DNA of 64,000 nt from an uncultured Rickettsiales bacterium (GCA_964539135.1 CAZIFG010000002.1:55938-119937); one strand, 5' to 3'; numbered from the stretch's first letter, positions 11,229-21,215 are shown. Notes: a model not told the origin generated them from the letters alone. Translations and numbers: made by a program.

Positions 11229-13154
11229 ATGCGGATAGCGACAATTTTAAAGAATATCTATAGCAGACTCAAAAGTTGGGGTATTTTCTTGTTTTTTTTA
11301 AGCATAGCCCTGCCAATTCATGCCAATAGTAACATGATGAAATTTCAGAGTGTAAATGATCAAATTCCCACATTTGGAACCAGAAGTACAGGAACGCGCT
11401 TGGTATTTTGGGAAGGATTAGCCGCAAACGCGGTCGATTATGGCTTGGGCGTGGGGCCTAGTCAGATGTGGTATAGTGTGCCCCAGGCATTAAATACGCA
11501 ATCTCATATTTTTTATGCAGGGACAACGCCGCTCATGAAAATCCAGGGAGATGGAAAGGTAGGTATTGGTACGAGTGCGCCATCAGAAGCATTAAGCGTG
11601 GTTGGAAATGTGAATGCGTCTGCTTTTATAGGTAATGGAGCGGCGCTGACAGGCGTTGTGGCAACAGGACTTGCGGCAGATGCGGTGAGTAGTATAAATA
11701 TTGCCGCCAATGCAGTTAAAACAGGGCATATTTTAGATGGAACTATTTTAAATGCAGATTTATCATCAGGTACGTATGCAAATATTACCGGACTCGGGAC
11801 CTTAACAACTCCCATTCTCATGAACTTGGGCATAGCAGCCCCTCCCTCGGTTGTAGCAAGGAGTTCCGGAACACGAGTGGTATTGTGGCCACAGGTAAAT
11901 GCAACAGATGTCGACTATGCATTGGGAATAGAATCAGGGGTTCAATGGTACTCTGTTCCCGGAACAACCTCAGCTTACAGTCATAAGTTTTACGCTGGAA
12001 CAACGGAACTCATGAGAATTAGAGGGGATGGTAATGTAGGGATTGGAACAGGTTCTCCGACGCGTAAATTAAGCGTCAATGGGGATATAGAGTCAGCGTC
12101 TACCATTTATGCGGTGGGGGATATAAGCGTAGGCGGAACATCTTGGTTAGGGGCAGGCATAAAAGTGCCAGGTCCTTCAAGTACATTTGGAAGTAACACC
12201 GGCCCAGTAGGACAAGGCTTGTATATGGGGTGGAACAGAGGTTTAGGTGGAGGGGCCAGTTATTTTGCCAACCAAAAAGGGTTGGGTGGAACAGATGGCT
12301 TTGAATTTTTGATGTACGATAATAGTAACGCATTTATATCGAAGCCTTTGGTGATACGTGAAAGCGGGATTGCCGTTTCTGGAAATATTAATTTCTACAA
12401 TTCATTTGGGACAGCGGCTCCGGCATTAAATGGCACAACTGTCGGAACACGAATTGTGTTGTGGAATAGTGCTGGGCCAACTTACACCAATTATGCCATA
12501 GGTATGGACAATAACACCTTATGGTATTCCATTCCGTCAGCGACCTCTGTGCACGCATATAAATTTTATGGTGGAGCAACAGAGGTCATGGAGATTAAGG
12601 GAGATGGTAAGGTTTTGGTAAACACCATCTCTCAGTGGCAGTTGGTAGATATCGATACCTTTGATAATACTACAGATGGCTGGACAGTAAATAACGTTTA
12701 TAGCAATGGTGTGGGATATCAGCAAATTAATATGTCTGGATCTAATATGAAGGGACGGTGGATGTTAGGAGGATCGAGTAAATTTGGAGTAGGGGCAACA
12801 GCAACCAAAACATTTACATTACCAAGTAGCTATACACACGTTAAAATCAAATTTACGCTGTATTTGATAGACAGTTGGGGCACGCCAGAATATTTTAAGA
12901 TGTATTTAGATGCGAATGCCAATACAGAGGCAAATCTAATATGGTATCAACGGCAAGATGATATCTTTGCAAATAAAAACAGCAGTTCGTATGGATTTAC
13001 CACATGGACGGATTTGGTAATTCCTGTTGAAGTGATACTGCCCTATAGTGCCGTAGGAGGATCTTCCTTGTCACTTTTTCTTAAATCTACCTTGGATCAA
13101 GATGCGACTGATGAATCCTGGGGGATCTCAGATTTCGAGCTTTACGTCAGATAA
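11229..13154 (+). CDS. Secreted fibre/adhesin-like protein, paralog 1 (3 GTR-DYA-WY-GIGT modules plus C-terminal DSW domain)
   Basis: Signal-like N-terminus (..IHA/N), repeated VGIGT..P...L.V motifs, C-terminal LYLIDSW...DESWGISDFELYVR. Confidence 0.7.
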   Translation: MRIATILKNIYSRLKSWGIFLFFLSIALPIHANSNMMKFQSVNDQIPTFGTRSTGTRLVFWEGLAANAVDYGLGVGPSQMWYSVPQALNTQSHIFYAGTTPLMKIQGDGKVGIGTSAPSEALSVVGNVNASAFIGNGAALTGVVATGLAADAVSSINIAANAVKTGHILDGTILNADLSSGTYANITGLGTLTTPILMNLGIAAPPSVVARSSGTRVVLWPQVNATDVDYALGIESGVQWYSVPGTTSAYSHKFYAGTTELMRIRGDGNVGIGTGSPTRKLSVNGDIESASTIYAVGDISVGGTSWLGAGIKVPGPSSTFGSNTGPVGQGLYMGWNRGLGGGASYFANQKGLGGTDGFEFLMYDNSNAFISKPLVIRESGIAVSGNINFYNSFGTAAPALNGTTVGTRIVLWNSAGPTYTNYAIGMDNNTLWYSIPSATSVHAYKFYGGATEVMEIKGDGKVLVNTISQWQLVDIDTFDNTTDGWTVNNVYSNGVGYQQINMSGSNMKGRWMLGGSSKFGVGATATKTFTLPSSYTHVKIKFTLYLIDSWGTPEYFKMYLDANANTEANLIWYQRQDDIFANKNSSSYGFTTWTDLVIPVEVILPYSAVGGSSLSLFLKSTLDQDATDESWGISDFELYVR

Positions 13155-13177
13155 AAAAATGCATAAAAAAAAGAGCT

Positions 13178-14467
13178 TTGGTGTTGTATAATAAGGGTAT
13201 GATATTTTGGCGTGTCTTCAGTTATAGTTTCATACGGGGTCCAGCTGTTTTTTTTGGAGTTATGGTACTTGGATTTAACCTTCACGCTGAGAACAATGTC
13301 TTCAAATTCGCCAATAGCGGCAATTCGGCGCCCTCCTTTACCACAAGGAGCGATGGCACTCGACTTGTTTTAGGAGATACCCTCAGTGCAACAGCCACGG
13401 ATTATGCCATAGGGGTCAGTTCGAATGCCATGTGGTATACAGTTCCTACTGCCAGTTCAGCGTATTCGCATAAGTTCTATATCGGAACAACAGGAATCAT
13501 GAACATTCAAGGCGATGGTAAAGTGGCGATAGGCACAACAGCAGCCCCTAGTGGTACCTTGGATATCATATCATCCAGCACCCCAACGCTATATCTTGGG
13601 AAGGCACTGTATTTCGGGAATGCAAATCATGGTGTGATAAAACAGTACCGCAATGCCAATGACGTGGGGTTTTATACAACAAATGGTGGCGGGACTTCAG
13701 ACCTTTATTTATCTGCAGCTTACAATACAGCGCCCAATACACAGTTTATACTGAGAAATGGGGGGAATGTCGGCATAGGAACGGATTCTCCAACGGAAGT
13801 GTTACAGGTCAGTGGGAATATCAGTGCCAATGCACTCATGATACGGGGGGTAAGTCAGTGGCGGTTGATAGATTCAGATACCTTTGTAAACACCTCAGAT
13901 GGGTGGGCTTCTAACGTGGGTACCCCCTACCAACAACTGTCAATGTACGGGACAACGCTGCAGGGGCAATGGATGTTAGGGGGATATAATAAATTTGGTC
14001 AGAGCGCCTATGCCAGTAAAAGTTTTACCGTGCCAGCTACTTATACAGAAATTCGAATTAAGTTCAAACTCTATTTAATAGACACGTGGGATGGATGGGA
14101 TACGGGGACATATGCAGAGGGAGAATGCATGAAGATTTATTTAGCAACATCCGCAGACAGTAGTAAACTGATATGGTATGAAAAACGATTTTCAGGAGAT
14201 AGACAAACAGGGGATGCGGGCGGGTATCACAGTTTAGATAAAGTATATGCCAATAATAATGCCTATGGAAACACCTCAAATAATTCAAATGGTGCATGGT
14301 ATAACTACAACGACATGCTGACAGACATTGATATTATTTTGCCTTATAGCGTTGTGAATGCCAATTTAAGCAGTGGGAAAATGCCATTGTATTTAACATC
14401 AACGCTAAATCAACCCGAAACAGATGAATCCTGGGGAATTTCAAACGTGGAGATTTATGCGCGTTAA
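13178..14467 (+). CDS. Secreted fibre/adhesin-like protein, paralog 2
   Basis: Same modules as paralog 1; signal-like ..LHA/EN; ends DESWGISNVEIYAR; start may be the ATG at 13199. Confidence 0.7.
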   Translation: MVLYNKGMIFWRVFSYSFIRGPAVFFGVMVLGFNLHAENNVFKFANSGNSAPSFTTRSDGTRLVLGDTLSATATDYAIGVSSNAMWYTVPTASSAYSHKFYIGTTGIMNIQGDGKVAIGTTAAPSGTLDIISSSTPTLYLGKALYFGNANHGVIKQYRNANDVGFYTTNGGGTSDLYLSAAYNTAPNTQFILRNGGNVGIGTDSPTEVLQVSGNISANALMIRGVSQWRLIDSDTFVNTSDGWASNVGTPYQQLSMYGTTLQGQWMLGGYNKFGQSAYASKSFTVPATYTEIRIKFKLYLIDTWDGWDTGTYAEGECMKIYLATSADSSKLIWYEKRFSGDRQTGDAGGYHSLDKVYANNNAYGNTSNNSNGAWYNYNDMLTDIDIILPYSVVNANLSSGKMPLYLTSTLNQPETDESWGISNVEIYAR

Positions 14468-15668
14468 ACACAAAATAAGTTTAGGGTTAATGATGTTAAT
14501 GACAACCTGTACTTTAATGCAGGCAGACAGTAATCTTTTTAAATTTCAAAACTCAGGATTCGGTATTCCAACCTTTACCTCGCGGAGTGCGGGAACACGT
14601 ATTCTGTTTAAAGACACATTGGCTTCCAATGCAGTGGATGACGCTATAGGCGTAGGACCAAACGAAATGTGGTATTCGGTAACCAGTACAGCCTCTTCAA
14701 GTCATAGACATCTGTTTTATGCAGGTGCTACTCCAATTATGGTATTAAGAACATTAGGAGGTGTCCCTGCTATCGGTATAAATCAAGGGGCACCTACATA
14801 TACCCTGGATGTATATCCTCAAGATGCAAAAGTGGGGACTTCAAGTCTAATTCAAGGGGCTTTGTATTTGGGGGCTGCCAATTATGGCATGAAACGACAG
14901 TATAGAAATGGAAATGATGTGGGCTTTTATACACAAGGCGCGGACCTATATCTAAGTTCAAATAGTAACACCCCCAATACACAATTTGTATTAAAAAATA
15001 ATGGAAATATAGGCATTGGAACAGATACGCCAAGTGAAAAATTACAGGTTATTGGTAATGTCAGTGCCAATAACCTGTACGCAGGCGGGAATTTACAGTG
15101 GCAATTGATAGATTTAGACACCTTTAACAACACAGCAGATGGTTGGACCTCTAACCTATCTGGAACAATATGGCAAACGCACAGCATGAATGGAACCACC
15201 TTGTTAGGAAGGTACATGTTGGGGGGGTATAACAAATTTGGATCTGGGCATTACGCTCAAAAAAGTTTTCCCCTTCCTACAACATATACAGAAGTGCGAA
15301 TCAGATTTAAATTGTACTTAATAGATTCCTGGGGTGACCCTGCAGAGTATTTTAAAATACATTTAGCTACAAATGGAGGCGCAAGTAACAGTAATTTGAT
15401 CTATTATGAAAAAAGGGAGTTTGCAAACGAGCCTGTTCCAAACACTGTCCTCATATACAGAAGCACACAAGGCTATGGGGAGTTAGCTCTGCCTTATGGT
15501 ATTGGGTGGGAAGATCTGGTGTTAGATATAGACATTGTCATTCCCAAAAGTAGCTTAGATGCCTTATCCATTTCAGGATCTTTGCCAGTGTATCTTACCT
15601 CAACTTTAGATGAGGGAGCCACTAATGAATCTTGGGGGATTTCGGAGTTTGAAGCATATGTGCGTTAA
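14457..15668 (+). CDS. Secreted fibre/adhesin-like protein, paralog 3
   Basis: ATG at 14457 overlaps the previous stop; signal-like ..MQA/DS; ends NESWGISEFEAYVR. Confidence 0.7.
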   Translation: MRVKHKISLGLMMLMTTCTLMQADSNLFKFQNSGFGIPTFTSRSAGTRILFKDTLASNAVDDAIGVGPNEMWYSVTSTASSSHRHLFYAGATPIMVLRTLGGVPAIGINQGAPTYTLDVYPQDAKVGTSSLIQGALYLGAANYGMKRQYRNGNDVGFYTQGADLYLSSNSNTPNTQFVLKNNGNIGIGTDTPSEKLQVIGNVSANNLYAGGNLQWQLIDLDTFNNTADGWTSNLSGTIWQTHSMNGTTLLGRYMLGGYNKFGSGHYAQKSFPLPTTYTEVRIRFKLYLIDSWGDPAEYFKIHLATNGGASNSNLIYYEKREFANEPVPNTVLIYRSTQGYGELALPYGIGWEDLVLDIDIVIPKSSLDALSISGSLPVYLTSTLDEGATNESWGISEFEAYVR

Positions 15669-16857
15669 AAAAATAAAGCCATTTAAAGTACTTTTGTTTA
15701 TCCTGTTGATAGGATTAAGTGTGCCAACAATGGCTGATAATAATATCTTAAAATTTGCCACACAAACGGGCCTTTTAGATGGGCCAACTCCTGGTGGTAC
15801 ACGCAGTAATGGGACTCGACTCGTGTTATGGGATACCTTATCTGCAACAGATACAGATTATGCCATAGGGTTGGATGGAAATGGAACCAATGGACAATGG
15901 TATTCCGTCCCCACAACAAGTGCTGCGTATGCCCATATTTTTTATGCAGGTACCACAGAAATCATGCGTATTAAAGGAGATGGTACCCTGGGAATAGGAA
16001 ATGCAAACCCAAGTTACGGACTCGATGTCATATCCGATACAAATCCCAGTATTTTAATTGGAACCTCATCTGGAACAGAAGGAAGATTGATATTTGAGTC
16101 TACCGGTTATGGCGTAAAACGAGCGTATAGAAATCCAGATGATGTGGGGTTATATGGAACGGCGGATTTATATTTATCTGCAGCCTATAACAATGGCATC
16201 AAATACACGCAATTTGTACTTAAAAACAATGGGAATGTAGGCATCGGGACAGATACACCCAGCGAAAAATTACAAGTCAGTGGCAACATTAGTGCCAATA
16301 GTTTAATTTCAGAAGGCATCCCACAATGGCGGGTGGTAGATATCGATACCTTTCAATCTTCAGCGGAGGGATGGGCCTCAAATATATCTCCGGTACCAAC
16401 CAAACAGTTATCAGCCTACAGCATAACCATGCCAGGAAAATATGTCTTGGGTAAGTTTGCTAAAAATGGCCCTTCCAGTACCATTGCTTATGCCACAAAA
16501 ACCTTCACATTGCCTGGAACCTATACAGAAATTCGGTTGAAATTTAAACTCTATCTTTTAGACAGTTGGGATATCGAATTTTTCACAGCGTATCTGGGCA
16601 CATCGGCAACAGCAGGCCGTGAAATTTGGGTAGAAAAAGGAAGGCCCGGCGATGCCGTTTATGCGACTACGGATGCCTATGAAAGTACATTATATGCAGA
16701 TACGGTTAGGGACGTTTATATCGTTTTGCCAAAATCTGCTTTAGATGGATTTTCCATTACGTCTGGAACACTGCCGATCTATTTGACTTCAAATCTTGAT
16801 TCAGTTGAAAGCGATGAATCTTGGGCGATTGGCGAAGTAGAAGTCTCCGTTCGATAA
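15658..16857 (+). CDS. Secreted fibre/adhesin-like protein, paralog 4
   Basis: ATG at 15658 overlaps the previous stop; signal-like ..TMA/DN; ends DESWAIGEVEVSVR. Confidence 0.7.
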   Translation: MCVKKIKPFKVLLFILLIGLSVPTMADNNILKFATQTGLLDGPTPGGTRSNGTRLVLWDTLSATDTDYAIGLDGNGTNGQWYSVPTTSAAYAHIFYAGTTEIMRIKGDGTLGIGNANPSYGLDVISDTNPSILIGTSSGTEGRLIFESTGYGVKRAYRNPDDVGLYGTADLYLSAAYNNGIKYTQFVLKNNGNVGIGTDTPSEKLQVSGNISANSLISEGIPQWRVVDIDTFQSSAEGWASNISPVPTKQLSAYSITMPGKYVLGKFAKNGPSSTIAYATKTFTLPGTYTEIRLKFKLYLLDSWDIEFFTAYLGTSATAGREIWVEKGRPGDAVYATTDAYESTLYADTVRDVYIVLPKSALDGFSITSGTLPIYLTSNLDSVESDESWAIGEVEVSVR

Positions 16858-16918
16858 TCAAAAAATGGGACTGTTGCAAAATCAAAATCCGTACAAAAAC
16901 ACACATAAGTCACCCTCT

Positions 16919-16942
16919 TTACATTAATATATTATAATGTAA
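16919..16942. promoter_or_regulatory. Candidate ArsR-family operator (TTACATTA-N8-TAATGTAA) overlapping a TATAAT
   Basis: Perfect 8-bp inverted repeat about 40 nt upstream of the ArsR gene. Confidence 0.5.
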
Positions 16943-16980
16943 TAATATAATGAAAAGACAATAAAAAAAGAGGTGAGCGT

Positions 16981-17286
16981 GTGGATTTAACAACGATGAC
17001 AGAAAAATGCGAGCAGGTTTCAGAACTGCTCAAAAACATTGCCCATCCGGCAAAATTAAAAATTTTATGCAGTGTGTCAACGGGCCAAAAAAGTGTGGGC
17101 GAATTGGAAAAAAGTATTGGCATTTCCCAATCGGCGATGTCCCAGCATTTAAAAGCCATGTGGAAAAGTGACTTGTTAAAACGAGAAAAAGTGGGGCAGT
17201 CTGTGTACTATGCCATTAAAGAGGAACGGGTTTTACTGTTAATTAAAAGCTTACACGATTTATTTTGTAAACAGGAGACATTATGA
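16981..17286 (+). CDS. ArsR/SmtB family repressor, BigR/SqrR-like persulfide sensor
   Basis: AHP..L.ILC, SQSAMSQHL HTH, C-terminal LFC; Cys pair at BigR-like positions; heads a sulfur detox operon. Confidence 0.88.
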   Translation: MDLTTMTEKCEQVSELLKNIAHPAKLKILCSVSTGQKSVGELEKSIGISQSAMSQHLKAMWKSDLLKREKVGQSVYYAIKEERVLLLIKSLHDLFCKQETL

Positions 17287-17975
17287 TTTTTAGACAATTT
17301 TTTGAGCCCATCAGTTCGACGTATACCTATTTAATCGCCGATCCAAAAGGCGAGGCGCTGTTAATAGATCCTGTGGACACAGCAGTGCCCATGTATCTAC
17401 AGGTCATTTCAGAGTTGGGATTAAAGCTTATTTTTTCGGTAGATACCCATGTTCATGCCGATCATATTACAGGATCTGGGCTACTTAGACAGGAAACGCA
17501 GTGTCAAACGGTATTAGGGCAAGAAACCGATGCCGAATGCGTGTCTTTAAGAATCAAAGAGGGCGACATCCTCAAAGTGGGGAAAGAGCGGTTAAAAGCG
17601 TTGTATACCCCTGGGCATACCAAAGATTCCTATTCTTTTTTAGGAAAAGACAGGGTGTTTACAGGCGATACCTTATTGATCAGAAGTACGGGGCGAACAG
17701 ATTTTCAAAATGGCAGTGCCGACGCACAATATGACAGTATTTTTAAGGTGCTCTTAAAGTTACCAGGCGACACTTTTGTGTATCCAGGACACGATTATAA
17801 GGGGTGGACAAAAAGTACTATTCAAGAAGAGAGAGATCACAATCCCCGTCTTCAAATTAAAAATAAAGGGGAATACGTGGCCATGATGAACAGTTTGAAA
17901 TTGTCAGATCCCAAGTTAATGGATGTGGCAGTACCAGCGAATTTAAAATGCGGCATACCCGTTAAAGGAGTTTAA
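17283..17975 (+). CDS. Persulfide dioxygenase (ETHE1/Blh-like MBL fold)
   Basis: FRQFFEPISSTYTYL, THVHADHITG, TPGHT, FTGDTLLIR..GRTDFQ and YPGHDY motifs. Confidence 0.9.
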   Translation: MIFRQFFEPISSTYTYLIADPKGEALLIDPVDTAVPMYLQVISELGLKLIFSVDTHVHADHITGSGLLRQETQCQTVLGQETDAECVSLRIKEGDILKVGKERLKALYTPGHTKDSYSFLGKDRVFTGDTLLIRSTGRTDFQNGSADAQYDSIFKVLLKLPGDTFVYPGHDYKGWTKSTIQEERDHNPRLQIKNKGEYVAMMNSLKLSDPKLMDVAVPANLKCGIPVKGV

Positions 17976-17976
17976 A

Positions 17977-18462
17977 ATGACACAAAAAATTTATATTGAT
18001 GTAAGAGAGCCCGACGAATATCACAGCGAGCATATTCCAAATTCACTCAATATTCCGCTGTCCAGCATTTCAACGATAAAAAATTATCAGCCGCTATTGG
18101 CAGGCAAGGAGGTTTGCCTGGTATGTAAATCAGGCATGCGCGCAGGCATGGCAAAAAATACATTGGATGCGCATAATATTGCCTGTGAGATATACGTAGG
18201 CGGCATTGAGCAATGGAAGGCTGAAAACAAGCCTGTGATGAAACACCGAAAGCCCAGAATGTCTATTTTTCGACAAGTGCAAGTGGTGGTTGGGTTTGCG
18301 GTGGCAACTTTGTCTATTTTAGGTGCGACAACCTTAAATGTAAAATTTATATGGGCCGCAGCCGCAATTGGAACCGCACTTGGGATTGCGGGGCTTTTTG
18401 GATTTTGTTTATTGGCCCAGATTTTAAGTAAAATGCCTTGGAATAGAGTGCATCACGGATGA
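17977..18462 (+). CDS. Rhodanese plus DUF2892 membrane protein (YgaP-like)
   Basis: IDVREPDEY..EHI, C.SG.RA active site, RQVQ...G and G..GFC motifs. Confidence 0.88.
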   Translation: MTQKIYIDVREPDEYHSEHIPNSLNIPLSSISTIKNYQPLLAGKEVCLVCKSGMRAGMAKNTLDAHNIACEIYVGGIEQWKAENKPVMKHRKPRMSIFRQVQVVVGFAVATLSILGATTLNVKFIWAAAAIGTALGIAGLFGFCLLAQILSKMPWNRVHHG

Positions 18463-19193
18463 TCTTTATCCTTTTAGGCAGTCTATTTGGGTTGATTTTA
18501 GGCATTTCAGGGGCGGGCGGGTCTATAGTGGGAATCCCCATGATTGTTCACACCATGGGCTATTCTGTCAAGGAAGCCACGGTGGTGGTTCTGCCCTTAG
18601 TTGCAGCAGGCGCAATACTCACCTGGATACCTCAGTGGCGACAGACTCAGTGGCCGGTGATTCGACGTGTCACGCTACCCTTAATAGGGGCGTCTTGGGG
18701 AGCCGGATATATCAAATCCTATATTCCTGTAGACCTGATTTCTATCCTCCTTGTGACGGTGGCCCTTTGGGGGTTATGGCGAACCTGGCAGAAACAAAGG
18801 TGTTTGGCATCTGCGCAGAAAAATAAAAGACTGAAATGGATTTGGATTGGCGGGATATCCGGACTGATGACAACGCTCACAGGTTTAGGAGGTGGCTTGT
18901 TTTTAGTGCCCATTTTAAAAAAAAGTGGCGCAATGACAATGTCTGAAGCGGTAGCCACCTCTTTGGTCATCATCGGCATCAGTTGCGGAATTGCCATGGT
19001 CAGTTTATGGCATGCCAATCAATTTCATCTGCTGCCCTTACCCCGTTTAATCAATCTGGGAGTCGGCATGAGCATCACCTCGTATGGATTTTATATTTGG
19101 ATGCAAAAAACGGCCCTAGAAACCCAAGAAGGGATTCAAAAATGGGTGTATTCACTGGTTTTAATCGCATCGGTTGTGGGGCTTTTAATATAA
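18459..19193 (+). CDS. Sulfite exporter TauE/SafE family
   Basis: GISGAGGSIVGIP and GLGGGLFLVP repeats; multi-TM. Confidence 0.85.
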   Translation: MIFILLGSLFGLILGISGAGGSIVGIPMIVHTMGYSVKEATVVVLPLVAAGAILTWIPQWRQTQWPVIRRVTLPLIGASWGAGYIKSYIPVDLISILLVTVALWGLWRTWQKQRCLASAQKNKRLKWIWIGGISGLMTTLTGLGGGLFLVPILKKSGAMTMSEAVATSLVIIGISCGIAMVSLWHANQFHLLPLPRLINLGVGMSITSYGFYIWMQKTALETQEGIQKWVYSLVLIASVVGLLI

Positions 19194-19452
19194 AAGAGTA
19201 ACCTTTCCTTAGGGCATAGAAACCAAGAAAAGGGGCGGGGAATTCAGTGAGCGGCGATTCTATGCCATAAAGGACGGGTTCAGCTACAAGGGCAATGTCA
19301 AGTGTAAACGGTGTTGTTTTTCCTTTATTTGTGCTTTGTTTTATGATTGTCGATCAAAGGAGCCCTAAAATTTCAGGAGATTGAATCTCATAGAGTGTGA
19401 AGACATATAAAAAAGGGTTTTAATTCTGTTTTTTTATGGCTATACTTCCAAT

Positions 19453-20673
19453 ATGATTTCCAAAAATACAAAAGTTTTATCCGCAGCATTGGTAGTGGCA
19501 GCCTTAGGGTATTTTGTCGACATTTACGACCTTGTGCTTTTTAGCATTGTGCGTGTTCAAAGCATTGCCGATTTAGGCTATGTCGGACAAGAGGCCTTAA
19601 ACCATGGCATGTTTTTGCTGAATATGCAGATGGGCGGGATGTTAGTAGGGGGTATTATTTGGGGCATTTTAGGCGATAAAAGAGGGCGTTTGTCCGTTTT
19701 ATTTGGCTCGATTTTTTTATATTCTATCGCCAATATTTGCAATGGCTTTGCCATGACGATCACCGATTACGCCATATGGCGTTTTGTGGCTGGGGTGGGC
19801 CTTGCAGGCGAATTGGGTGCAGGTATTACGCTAGTAGCAGAGTCTTTACCCAAGGAAAAAAGAGGCTATGGCACCATGATCGTGGCCACAGTAGGTGTCA
19901 GTGGAGCGGTAGTAGCGGGACTCGTTGCCCATTATTTCAATTGGAGAAGTAATTTTTTTATTGGCGGCGCCTTAGGTTTGATGCTTTTGGTATTGAGAAT
20001 TGGTGTGTTTGAGTCTACGATGTTCACAAAAATAAAAGCGCATGGCGTAAAACGCGGTAACTTTTTGAGTTTATTTACCCAGAAAAAAATGTTCAAAAAA
20101 TACCTCAAGTGCATTTTAATTGGAGTGCCTCTATGGTATGTCGTGGGTATTCCCATTACCTTTTCGCCTGAATTTGCCCAGGCCTTGGGCGTCAGAGGCT
20201 TGGTAACAGCAGGAAATGCGGTCATGCTCTGTTATTTGGGGCTTGTATTTGGTGATTTATTCAGCGGGCTTATCAGTCAATGGCTCAAGTCTCGGCGTAA
20301 AGTGGTCTTTTTATTTTTAACCATTACAACAGCCTTAGTAGGATATTTGTATACAAGGCAAGGCATCAGTGCGGACATGTATTATGGCCTGTGTTTTTTA
20401 ATTGGCATTGGCATTGGCTATTGGGCCATTTTTGTAACAGTAGCTGCCGAGCAATTTGGTACAAATATGAGGGCGACGGTGGCCACCTCTGTGCCCAATT
20501 TTGTACGAGGAGCTGTGGTCCCCACAACCTTGCTGTTTAGATACTTAGTCCCGCAGTATGGGCTCATTCAAGCTGCAAGTATTGTCGGCATCATTTGTGT
20601 GGGGCTTGCCTATATCAGCGCCTTCTTTTTAGAGGAAACCTTTCATAAGGAAATGGATTACCTCGAAGTATAA
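19453..20673 (+). CDS. MFS transporter
   Basis: GILGDKRGR motif A, RFVAGVGLAGELG, AEQFGTNMRAT; about 12 TMs. Confidence 0.92.
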   Translation: MISKNTKVLSAALVVAALGYFVDIYDLVLFSIVRVQSIADLGYVGQEALNHGMFLLNMQMGGMLVGGIIWGILGDKRGRLSVLFGSIFLYSIANICNGFAMTITDYAIWRFVAGVGLAGELGAGITLVAESLPKEKRGYGTMIVATVGVSGAVVAGLVAHYFNWRSNFFIGGALGLMLLVLRIGVFESTMFTKIKAHGVKRGNFLSLFTQKKMFKKYLKCILIGVPLWYVVGIPITFSPEFAQALGVRGLVTAGNAVMLCYLGLVFGDLFSGLISQWLKSRRKVVFLFLTITTALVGYLYTRQGISADMYYGLCFLIGIGIGYWAIFVTVAAEQFGTNMRATVATSVPNFVRGAVVPTTLLFRYLVPQYGLIQAASIVGIICVGLAYISAFFLEETFHKEMDYLEV

Positions 20674-20678
20674 ACCCC

Positions 20679-21215
20679 TTAGGATGTTTTGCCTCTAAAA
20701 GCGCTCAAAGCACCTAAAAGAGGACTAAATGGAATAGAGATAAGCCCAACAATGGCGCCTACAGGGCGCGCAATCCATGGTGAAATAGGGTTGCGATGAC
20801 CGATTGCTTTTGAGATAGCGGATGAGATTTTTTTATAAGTGGTATAGGGAGCTCTTAAAGAGGCTTGTGTATAAGTAAGATGGTATTTGGGCGGAGCCTT
20901 TAGAGTCAGCACAGGCAGTTGGGGCGGTGGAGGTAGCGGTGGAGCAACAGGGGGATTTTCAGAAGGAACTTTTGGTCCCCCTTTAACCTCAGCCGATTCC
21001 CTTGGTTCTGAATCTGATTTTCTAGACGTAGCAGGGGGTACCAAAAATATGTCAAAAGCGGGGTTTGAAAAAGATTTATCTGCTGTATGCATGGGATTAG
21101 TTGTCATAAAGAGTTTGTTTGTTTGATTAGAAGTTGATACTGTTGATTTGTGCTTGGAAGAAGGGTGGCGTAAAATACCGGAGGGTCTCTCAGGGATAGG
21201 GGATGATGGTTGCAT
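20679..21215 (-). CDS. Proline-rich orphan with C-terminal hydrophobic tail
   Basis: AAGGAG RBS; PPVAPPLPPPP; C-terminal GAIVGLISIPFSPLLGALSAF-RGKTS. Confidence 0.6.
   Translation of the reverse strand: MQPSSPIPERPSGILRHPSSKHKSTVSTSNQTNKLFMTTNPMHTADKSFSNPAFDIFLVPPATSRKSDSEPRESAEVKGGPKVPSENPPVAPPLPPPPQLPVLTLKAPPKYHLTYTQASLRAPYTTYKKISSAISKAIGHRNPISPWIARPVGAIVGLISIPFSPLLGALSAFRGKTS

Noticed and set aside
11229-16857. Prophage tail-fibre cluster or DGR target set
   Set aside because: No capsid, terminase, integrase or reverse transcriptase; no template/variable repeat pair with adenine-specific differences; the proteins have signal-like N-termini.
16867-16882. GGGACTGTTGCAAAAT as another MITE copy
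   Set aside because: Matches only about 16 bp of the TIR, with no internal sequence, partner end or TSD; at most a decayed relic.
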